From Balamuthia mandrillaris (lineage: Eukaryota): 64,000 bases of DNA. Shown in pieces: positions 25,749 to 36,195 of the stretch. Where the stretch lies: positions 1 to 64,000 of the forward strand of contig JAVKOQ020000022.1 of assembly GCA_031835245.2 (NCBI GenBank), given 5' to 3'. Positions within the stretch are counted from its first letter, which is position 1. Each line of letters starts with the position of its first letter. The position numbers were made by a program, and so were the translations under genes. The notes under the pieces were generated by a model. It was not told where the DNA came from. It saw only the letters and a program-made list of their open reading frames with translations, and ran no database searches.

Positions 25749-26349
25749 TTATGTAAGTCAAAAAAAATGTTGGTTGAATCCAACCTCAAGAATAAAAGAG
25801 TCAGTGACGAGACAAGAAGTGTATTCAAGAGAATAGAGGAAGGACAACGGGAGTGAATCTCCGACGTTGCTTCAAAGTACACCGAGAGAAAAGGGAAAAG
25901 GGAGAAGGGAAGGATGGAGGATACAAAAGAAAGGAGAGCTGAGGGTCCGGGACGGATCCAACATGAGGAGTCTTGAGATAAGTGTTGGTGATTTTACCAA
26001 CAGGTCCTATGTCGATGGGTGGATCTGACCATGAAGGAACGTCTTAGACTGAGGACCCTAAATGGTAATTGTTCATGGAAGGCTGCTTTGCAAGCTGTGC
26101 AAAAAGAGGCAAAGATCTCCAAGTAGTAGTAATAAGAAGTTTATTTGCTCTGAGAGCAACACCAATCTATACATAGAAAGTAAGCATTGTACATACATAG
26201 TGTATTCTTCTCTTACTCCCTCATCCTCAATGCCTTTCCAATTGTTATTCAAATTCACAAGTGAAAGGTGTTGAATGAGATTTCAGACTAACTTTGTATC
26301 GTTTAGCTATCCTTTTCTTTCCCTTTCCTTTCTTCTCTATTCCTTGCTA

Positions 26350-27359
26350 TTACATTACTTCCAAAGATTGATAAAATACAGCAGAACTTCTATACTTCCA
26401 ACTTGCTCTTGCTGCCCATAATCTCCAGACTCGTTTACAACTTTGCTTACATTGTTCGATCTCTTGAGCTCTGTTGCATTTCTTTCCACTTGACAGGAGC
26501 TTTGTTGTACAGTCTTCTATAATCAGCTTTCTGACTTGTTCTTCATTTTCATTGTCTACACTCCAGATTCTAAAGCAATCTTCCCAAAGATTTGGACACC
26601 TTAAATGGAAGTGTTCTGCTGTTTTTTCCTCATTATCACATGCAGAGTATTTACTATCCTTTTTAGAATGGCTCCCCACTTTTTTCCAATTGGCAGTCCA
26701 CCACAACAAATAGCATTCATCAAACGTTCTTTCCTTGGGTTGGTAATCACTAAGCTCCGTTGTTGTCCAACCAAACATCTTCCATTTGTCAAGAAGTTAT
26801 GCCATGCTCTTGTTCCTCTTTCTCCTTCAGCTGCATACTTCACCTTGGCTACTCGAGTTAAGGCCCTCATCCTCTTGGCTTTCTTTTCAACAACACTCAT
26901 CCCATCACCTCTCTCACCTTCATTCTTCTCACCTTCAAGTAGCTCAAAGTGGCCATCTTGCCTCTCAGCATGACGAATTACTGCTTGTCTTTCCAACTCA
27001 CACTAGGCCTTGATGGTCAACCAGCCCAATTCTGCTCTACAAACCCCCGCCACAGTCCTTCGATGAACTTGCAATACACTTCTTGCTGTCTCATTCCATA
27101 CAGCTTCAATCTTCTTCCACCATGATTTGGAAAGCTCTGTTATACATAGTCCATATGGCAAGGTAGACTTGACAATAGCCTTTGCAGCAATCTGGGCAGT
27201 GCGTATACCAAGGCCTTGAGCAATGGCTCCCTGCTGCCTAAGGCTGTAAAGGGCTTGTTTGGCCTTGGTGATCCTCTCCTTGGCATGAGTTGTCCATTTC
27301 CCACTTTCCTCAAACCACAGTCCCAGGTACTTGGCCTCCTTCACACGTTTCACAGCCTT
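26350..27359 (-). mobile_element. Decayed non-LTR retrotransposon (LINE) 3' fragment
   Basis: RT thumb region 'KEAKYLGLWF...ELGW' and C-terminal Zn knuckle remnant 'ACDNEEKTAEHFHLRC'. Contains stops and frameshifts and is cut off by a gypsy LTR at 27360. Confidence 0.75.
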
Positions 27360-30300
27360 TGTTGTAAAATAAGAACAGGAATGATGGCAGAGACAAAGTA
27401 AGTACGAGACCCAAACTTAATTTACTAAAAGTGAAGAGTACAAGTGATAGTAAAGTATCTTGTGTTTTGTTGTAAGTTGTCCCCAGAGGGAAAAAGAAGA
27501 AGAAGCAAGGAGAGGCAGTATTTAAGCTAGAACAATTATCCAAAAAAGAAGAACAGAGAATATCAGCATAAAAGGGCAGAGAGAGAAAACAACAAGAAAG
27601 GAGAAGTTCAAGAAAGGAGAAGTTGGACACCAAGAGGTTTCCTCAGGTCGACAGGCATGAGGGAGAGGTCGACAGGAAGAGAAGAAGGGCTATTATGTTG
27701 GAGTTTTCCAACATCACCCCTTTTTTGAACGAAGCTTCTTTCAGTAGGCGTTGACAGGTTGAAGATCATCAAAGTTCTTGACTGGAATCCAGAGGTCATA
27801 CTTAGGAGAGTAGCCTTTCCATCTGACCTTGTATTCTCAGCAGTTGGCAGGTCCACAGTGGTCTAGCACCTTGCTAACTTCGTAGGACTTGGAGTAATCA
27901 TCATCATTATCATCATCAGACTTGGAATTAACATCATCAGAAGCATCAGGGTCGGCTTGAGATTCCAAATCGGTCTTATCAGGAAGAACTGGAGTAGAGG
28001 ATAAGGGTATCAAGGAACCAGAAGGAAGAAGGGGAACTAGCTTAAGAAGAGAAGGAGGAATACAATCTTCTAACTCATTGCCAGTAACATCCACTAGTAT
28101 ATATGCACCACTCTTGGTTCTGCGTTTGACAGAGAAGGGGCTGAGATACTTTGGATCCATCTTGGAGGTGGTGGCAGAATGATGAAGCATAACAGTGTCA
28201 CCTGGCTTGAATTCAACCAAGGAAACAGAAGAGTCATGCGTCACAGACACAATCTGGTTGTAGAGGTCGGTAGCATCAGAAGCAGCAGGCCAGACAACAG
28301 AATGCAACTTGGCAATTTGTGCAAGGCGGTCAGCCTCAGGAAGGGGATTGGATTCCACATTGGAAAAATCACTCAGAAGGTTGAGAGGGCATCCAAGAAA
28401 GAGCTCAAAGGGAGTCGATTTATACCTGGAGGTCAGCCTTTGATTGATCACAAATTGGGCAGCTGGAAGGAAGGTAGACCAGTGACTCCAATCAGAAGAG
28501 ACCAGCTTCATTAGGGCGGACTTGGCAAGCTTGACATGGGCCTCAGCAGCACCATTGGCTCGCAGGTGATAGGCAGCAATAAATTTGTGGTCGAAGCCAG
28601 AGATAGCCTTGATAGTAGTCATGGTCTCATTGACGAACTCGGAGCCGTTGTCTGACTGTACAATCTTGGGAAAGCCAAAATCGCATATGACCCGATAGAA
28701 GGCACTGGCGGTAGCAGCTGCTGTCCTGTTAACCAAAGGGCGGAGAAGGGTAAACCTGGTGGCAATGTCGGTGACCACCAAAACATAACAGAAACCAGAT
28801 TCATTGGTGGCGAGTGGGCCAAACAGGTCCAAGGCAACATGTTCGAAGGGAAAAGTGGCAGAGATGGTTTTCAGAGGATGAAAACCATGCTTGGCAACGT
28901 TGAAACAAAGGCAGGCATCACACGAACAGGTAGTAGTGAAGCAATCAGCCAGAAGGGAAGGCCAGAAGAAACCTTCGTTCCAGACCTTGTTGAAGAGATT
29001 GGCAGCACCTTCATGGCCAGCAAGATGAAGGCAGAAGAGTAACTCCTGTTGTTCTTCCACGGAAGAAGGGGCCGTTTTGTCCAAAAACAGCTTGATGTAA
29101 CGGACAAGTTCTCTTGACGGAGCAACTGGAGGGTGCTGAGAGGCATCAAGCACAGACAAGGAAGGAACTCTTGGAATGTTGTGTTGCTTCTTTACCAGAG
29201 CCAAGGTTTTGACTTCATTTGGAACTACTAGCAGAGCCAGACCATCTTCCTCCCAAAAGTTGGGCAGGTAGAGGCAGGAAAGTGCATCTTCCAAGACTAT
29301 CTGAATGCCAGGCCGGTGGACGATGTAGAAGTCAAACTGGAGCAGCAAGAAAGCCCAATAATTAAGCATGAAAGAAGAATGCTTGGCCGTAAAGAGATAC
29401 GACAAGGCCTTGTGGTCTGTGAACAAGGTAAAGCAGCGACCCCACAGCCAACAGCGGAACTGATGGAGGGCAAAGACCACAGCAAGAAGCTTGTGTTTTG
29501 TGGCAGGATAGTTGCATTGAGCAGAGTTGAGGCACGGCTAGCAAAGGCAATATAATGGTGAATACCATCAGTAGACTCTTGATAGAGCACAGCACCAACG
29601 CCATATTGGGAAGCATTGGTACCAACAAGGAAGGGAAGACTGGGGTCCGGCTTGCTCAGAACCGGAGGAGAGCTGAGGATACAGCAAAGGGCACTGATAG
29701 CTTCATCACAGTTCTTGTTCCAAAAGGGTCGCACATCTGGAACGTTGCGGAGGGCATCCAACAGAGCCGTTAGGCGAGAATATAAAGGCACAAAGCTGTG
29801 CAAGAAGTTGACGAAGCCCAGATAAGACTGAAGTTGCTTGTCAGTAGTAGGTATGGGAAGGCTGTTGAAGGCGGAAAGCTTATCCAGATCAGGAGCATAG
29901 CCCTTGCTGGAGACAATGTATCCAACCAGACGGAGCTGTGAGAACCAAAATGACACTTCTCAATACAGAGACGGAGACTAGCGTTGTTGATGGCACGTAG
30001 AACCAAGCGAAGCTTTTCAACGTGCTCATCAATAGAGGCAGAGCAGGAAAAGACGAGGCAATCGTCAATATAGTGTGCGGCGCAGTCAGCGAGGTCCTTA
30101 AGTACAGCGGCAAGGAGACACTGCATAGTGGCCGGAACGATCTTCACCCCAAAGGGAGCTCCACGAAAGCAGTAGCGGCGCCCTCGCCAGGTGAAGATGA
30201 GCTTGATCTGGTGAGGCGCAAAGATTAGAAGCTGCATGAAGCTCCACACTAAATCTAGCGAGCTGGCAATACGGAAGCCAAGGACGTACTCTATGACAGC

Positions 30301-32215
30301 AAGGATACCAGGAATGTGGAAGTGGATATCCACAATGATAGAGTTGATAGCTCGTGGATCAATGCAGGTATGGGCTGAAGTCCAATTGCCGTTAGCATCC
30401 TTCTTAGGGACGCAAAGAATGGGCGAATTCCATGGCGAGTCCATGGGAGCATCCACAATAACCTTGTGGCGGTACCACTCTTTGAGCTGCTCATTGATGG
30501 AGGAATGCCAGACTTCTGGTATAGGATACTGATGTTTGAATATCAGAGGGTGATCTCCGGTATCCAAACGGATTGTCCCTTTTGGAAGCGGACAGGAAGG
30601 ACCTTGAGGAATATGGCTGTTCTTTTCAAGAAGGTCCTTGATGCGGTCTACAATGGCCTTCTGAAGTTCTGGAGGCAAAGGAGACTCCATGTACTTATCA
30701 GAAGAAGCGATGTTCTTATTGTCTGGTGCTAAAGGCTTAGGGCCAGGGAAGCGGACCGGAATTCCACACAGACCAATGCCTATCCTATCAAGGATGTCTC
30801 GGCCAAAGATCACTTGAGTAGAACCGAAGAGCTTGAGAACAAGGAAGTTGTGGAAGAACTTCCGAGTACCACACGCCACACGAATGTGGGAGGCAACGGC
30901 AGACACAGAGGCAGAGGAATCATCTCCCAGAACCACATCCTGTTGAGTGTGGGTCATTTTGAGGTGAAACTGTTCCACAAGGGAAGGATCCACAAAGGAA
31001 GAGGAGGTGCCGGTGTCGAGCAGGGCCATAACTCTTTGCTTGTTCAAGGTTGCCAGAACCATAATAGGAGCAGCAACAGGAGCAGGAGAGGGGTTATTGG
31101 AGGCAGGAGCTTCGTGATCGTCAAGACCAAGCATGAACAGCTCTGCTGCAGCTTGCTCAAACTCCTGAAAGGGATTCTCTTCTATGTTGTTTAAAGAAGG
31201 AGTAGCCGGAGAAGGAGAAGGGGAGGCCGCACTGCCGGAAGGAGGAGCCGGAAAAACACCAGTCGCAGGGGACTGCATGCTGTTGAGTGAAGAAGCTGGA
31301 GGCTTAGCAGAAGTGCCACAAGTAGGACAACAATTTGCCATATGTCCCACCTTACCGCACTTGTAGCAGATGCCAGCTGGTCTTTGAGGAGCACCAGAAG
31401 AGGTAGCAGGTGTAGAAGAAGAGGAAGAGGAGGAGGATCCATCACTCTTTTTCTTGGAGAGGACTCGGCAGTCCTTGGCTGAATGACCATGCGTACAGTG
31501 AAAAGAGCACCAAGGTTTGCCGTTCTTGGTCTCCTTGTTGTGGTTCAAGCTGCTCAGAGGGGAAAGTCTCAAGGGCTTTCTCTTGCTTCAGGCTTCCAAG
31601 GCGGATTCATGTTCCAAGGCGATGCTGATGGCATCAGCCAGAGAAGTAGGGGGGTTGGTGATGCAAGAAGAAATAAATCCCGAGACAAGTTCTTCAGGAA
31701 GGGCGTTCCTGAGAACAGCAAGAATATCTTCGAGTTGAGGCAGACAGGTCATCTGGTCGATGAGCTCTTGGAAGCGCTCTGAGAATTCTTGGACAGACTC
31801 TCAGGTTTTGAAGGAGAAGTGACAGAACTCTGTATGCAGCGCGTTCTGCAGGTTTCTGCTGCCAAAGTGGTTGTGGAAGGTGGCAATGAGCCTATCCCAA
31901 GGCTATTCCAGGTGATGAAGGTCTGGATGGCCCAGTGCTGAGCCAACAGATCCTTGATCTGAGAAATCAAGGCATAATGCCAGAGGTTTTCTGGGTAAGA
32001 CGTGCCACTAAGGGCGAAGTGTAGGTGCTCTAAAGAGCAAAGAAAGCATGGAGAAGAGGAAGGAAAAGGAGGAGAATATTGGAACAGTGGCTTTGAACAG
32101 CTCATTGGAACTCTCAGGCGTTGTGCTGGCTGAGGAGGAGTATCACGGTGCTGCCAAATGGTCTGACATTGTGGAGGAGGAAGGGGAGGAGACCCAATGC
32201 CTAGAATTTTTGCTA
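27360..32215 (-). mobile_element. Second, decayed Ty3/gypsy chromovirus (different family; 5' LTR missing)
   Basis: 3' LTR 27360-27713 (TGTTG...CAACA) with PPT AAAAAAGGGGTGA. Gag knuckle 'CYKCGKVGHMANCC', PR 'LLDTGT', RT 'HYIDD', integrase 'DLFGP/SDNG', chromodomain start 'YEVSKVLDH'. Several frameshifts. Confidence 0.92.
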
Positions 32216-33050
32216 GTGACATGCTTTATGGGCCTTTGTAGCTTTAAGATGAGTTAAAGAAATAGTTAATGTTCTGTGCATAGTGAGAATATTCTTCATT
32301 ACATCATAGGTACCTATATTAATTTGTTTGAAGCCACTTGTTATTGTTATTTTAACTCTGTTTTGTAAGTGCTCAATCTCAAAATTGCTAAACATCTTTA
32401 CATATCCATAATTTATCAAAAAGTATCCAAGATAATCAACAAACACATCCATAAATATTGTGAAGTCTTTTGAAGCAAAGGCATCAAGGTATATATCTTT
32501 GAACTTTTTTACTTGTTTTTTCCATTGCTGTGATAATAATGCCTTCTTGCAAAGCATATGTACACAAGCAATGGAGCTCTCACCAAGCTTTATATGTTCT
32601 AAAGAGTTTTGTTTGCTTTTTTTTACTGTTGATATGAAGAGGTCAAGAATTTTTTTGTAATATTGCAAAATGTGTAAGTACTCAGCTCAGTCTAAGTGGC
32701 TCCTCTTTAGTTGTTGTGTTAACATTTCTTTCCTTTTTTATATCAGCTATAAAATTGCTATTGCAATCAACTTGTTGAGTTTTTGAAGATGAAGTCAGAG
32801 CTTTGCCTTTTTCATCAATAGCTTATATACCACTCTTATGACAATATGAAGAAGGTCTGACACACGACTTGGAACACACAGAAGAAGAGGTTTGTTAATG
32901 TATTTAAAATATTTGCATGTACTTGTTTCTCTATCTATAAGCTTTCCAAATACCCATTCCAAGATTTTCATAGTTGATATTTTTGGGCTGTGTTTTTTTC
33001 AGCTGTTTTAAGAACTCTTTCACCCTTTTTTCTTTTGTGTTGGCAACTTT
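32213..33050 (-). pseudogene. Remnant of a Transib/RAG1/Chapaev-like DDE transposase
   Basis: 'INKPLLLCVPSRVSDLLHIVIRVVYKLL' (DxLH at 32846-32857). 'TIFMDVFVDYLGYFLINYGYVKMFSNFEIEHLQ' has the spacing of the RAG1-type YxHxxxxH...G...E motif. AT-rich and frameshifted. Confidence 0.6.
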
Positions 33051-33497
33051 TTAATCACTTTTAGAGCAGGGGTTTGAGGCTTAGTAGGGGCCTGCTAATA
33101 ATCGGGGGAGTTGTACAACCTTTACTATACTGATGATGGAGAATATAAGTTTGTGTAAAGAGAGAAAGGGGAAGGAAGAAGGATTAAAAAGAAGAGGAAA
33201 AGGGAGAAAAATGGTTGTAACTTCAGACTCGCTTAGAATAGGTCTATAGTTATTAGAGAGAGAAAATACAGCAACAGCTCAAAAAAGACATTGATTGCAA
33301 TACCAAGGTTCTAAACATAACTTTCCTCAGCAGTTATGATTTCCTGAGCAATTTCATTCCATTATTATTTATTTTATCATGTTTCCAAAAACCTTAGGCA
33401 GATCTACTCTATTCTATTCTATTATATTAAACACAAATCAAATATTTATTTTATGATTTGATCCTTGCTCACACATACAATTTTTCCATTGTTTAGA

Positions 33498-35910
33498 CTA
33501 TAGTTCAAAGGTACTGTTAAGTTCTGCCTTATCTTTTGTAACCTTGTACAAGAGTATAGTTTGTAATCCCACACGAACCAGCACCCAGAAATGGGCATGC
33601 TCACTTCTCAGTGTAGGAATATAGAGGTCCCGAACTTCCTTTACTGCATTATCTACCACATACTGCACAGTCAATTGACAGTCAGCAACCAGTCAGTGAC
33701 GTCTGCAATAGTCATATGCCAGTGGCAAGTTGACAATATCTACAGGCAACAACTTATCAATAGTATCCCGTGATTTGTTGCACAGTTTGTTCCAATCAGT
33801 TTCCCCAGCACTTAACTTCAAACCAGCAACAGGAATGCTCTTCAGGCTCAGATAGTGATAATAGTCCTAAGAAAATCCAAAATGCATGAGAATGAGATGA
33901 GAGTGAGCAAGTGAGTGAATACTATGATGAAACCAAACCTGATCTGGTGGGTTATGGACATGATAAACAATATCCACATACCGTTGCCAGGGTGTGGAAT
34001 CTGGCTTAAATGCAAATTCTTTGAACACACTATCTGAGTTCCTTCGCAGAAGTACCATGGCATCAAAAACCGCTGGTCATTGCGATTTAGCAAGGGGGGG
34101 AATGGGATTTAGCAACTGATGGGCATACCTTGCGCAAATGGATCTTCTCCAAGTATGACGTCACGTGCATTGCTGCGGCTGAGCAAGTGTTTTGAAACTG
34201 CTTTGCAAAAGGGACTCAGCTCTTTTTTCTCCACAAGCACATTGATTGCCTGACGAAGATCAGTTTTGCCAGTCTCGTCCAGATCTAGCAAGTCCTGCAG
34301 TGCCTTTGTGAACTCTCTACGAGCGACATCATTCGGGATCCTGAGTGAATATGAGATCCTGTCATTAAAATTAACAGGGACATAGGTCAGTGCGCCCATG
34401 TAGCGCATGAAGGAGAGCAATGGTGTTGGGCTTGTCGCGAGCTCGTTCATATGGGATAGCCGGAAGACTTCCTCTGCTCCGCCAGGAATGTTAATTGTGG
34501 CATCCTCCTGGGCAAGCAGCTTTTCGATAACGATGGGGGCATAGCGTGCTTCTCGTATTGCCTGTAGGGTTGATTCAGCAGGCTTTGAATTTGAGTCTTT
34601 TGGTATTTCCTCCTGTAGGCGTATGGCCAACTCCATGGAGCTAAGATTATCTGGAACTTTCAAACATTCAATTTGCTGCAATCCATGCAAAATACGCGTA
34701 GGGTTGTAGAGGGGCTCCTCTGCTCTGGGGTGGAAATAGTAGCCATCGTGTTCACGTTTCCACATTTCCAGCAACGCAGTAATCACCGGGTCCGCGAGAT
34801 CTAGCCTTTTTAGGCCGTTGTGTACGTCACTTTTGGTGAAACCATACATCAGAGAAAATCTGCTGATGTCACTGATATGGGTCGCGATATTGAAGCCACT
34901 TGTGAACTCAGAGAGGACAAGAGGAGTCACGCCGGTTATAAAGCACCTCGCCACTCCGATATCACATGCAGTCTTAAGTTTGCTGAAGAACTCGCTGTAT
35001 GTGTTCTCCATGCGCTTCAGAGGGTTCTGGTGGTCTTCCGAGGAGTAGCTAAGGGCGGACACAAAGGATCCATTGCCAAGCGTCTTGTTAAGGCTGGCAT
35101 CGTATTCATCGATGATGACATAGACCTTATGTAGGGAAGCTGTTTAGTTAACAATATAAGCAGAAGAGGGGAGTTAAAAATAAAATAATGCAGCATCCTT
35201 GGGTCCAAAACCTTGTTCTGTTTCAAGCGCATTTCGTCAAAGAGTAACTTGTAGGTATCCAGTGCATCATGTGTGTTGACCTGGAAGTTGAGATTGTAGC
35301 GAGCTTTAAACGTACTGGCAGAAGAGTTTAATTCGTTATTGAGGCTCATCTTAAACTCCTCTGCAGTTTCAGTCCTGAGGCCGGCAAAGGTGAGGGGAAG
35401 AACCAGGAAGGAATTGGCTAATGGGGTACGTTGCTTGCCGACGGAAAGGTGGCCAAAGAGTTCGTTGAACTTGGGGGAGTTAAAAGCATCATAGTACTGG
35501 GCTAAGGTATCGGCAAAAAGTGTCTTTCCGAATCGCCGCGGTCGCAATGATACAATTGCATTGACATCAAGTTTCTCCAGCAAGGGAATATATGACGTCT
35601 GGTTTTTCCGAAGGTTATCGACACAACAAGAACAAGAAGGAAAGGAAAAGGGTGCTACCTTGTCGACATAGAACTTTTCAGGCGAGTACACACGTTTGAA
35701 TTCTCCAACGCCTACTGCAAAGGCGCCAAGATCTAGGCCAGACAGAAATCAGTCGTGTTTTTTGAGTGAACAAAAGAGAGAGAAGTTGGTACTGCTTTTG
35801 TTCTGATTTGAGGCAAAGTTTCTGCAACTTAGTGCCGTTGGCCTAACAAACAAATGGAAAGAAGAACTAGTTGGTGTGTTGAGCCTACTGCAGTTCCAAA
35901 CCCCCCGCAT
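33498..35910 (-). CDS. AAA-ATPase-like domain + degenerate PD-(D/E)XK nuclease domain (bacterial-type family), intron-containing, with a candidate mitochondrial presequence
   Basis: 'FYVDKT', 'RPRRFGKT' (Walker A), 'VIIDEYD' (Walker B), 'FITGV', 'YNP', 'IPN'. Introns 35733-35792, 35599-35658 and 35126-35211 splice in frame. In-frame TGA at 33693-33695 in the last exon. Confidence 0.85.
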
Positions 35911-36195
35911 CGTGCTCGGACCACGCAACCTTTGCTATCCCTCTGCGAAGTTTGCGATGTTCGTTGCCTGCCTGCCTGAGCGTTGCATTGAGGGAACCCT
36001 CGGCAGAAGCAGGCCGTGGGATTGTGGGTAAGGCGGCGAGTCGCCGAAAAATCTCAGAACAAAAAAAAAAAAAACAAGGTGACCGCCACCTTAAATAGGC
36101 TGCCCTTGCGTCTGTGTCCTTCCTTTTTTTCGGTCTTTCTTTTTTATTTTATTGCCGCTGGCAGCACACAACCAACCAACCATCCTCACCACCCC

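Larger units (their letters stand above)
20585..26002 (-). mobile_element. Nearly full-length Ty3/gypsy chromovirus LTR retrotransposon
   Basis: 5' LTR 25768-26002 and 3' LTR 20585-20820 differ by 4 substitutions and 1 indel. Polypurine tract (PPT) AAGAGGGGGAGTA abuts the 3' LTR. Order is gag-PR-RT-RH-IN-chromodomain. TSD is imperfect (GGT[C]). Confidence 0.97.

Noticed and set aside
20314..26002. Four related repeats considered as a CRISPR-like array or DIRS-type inverted termini
   Set aside because: They are 235-bp TG...CA LTRs with TSDs and a PPT, and the element encodes a DDE integrase, not a tyrosine recombinase.
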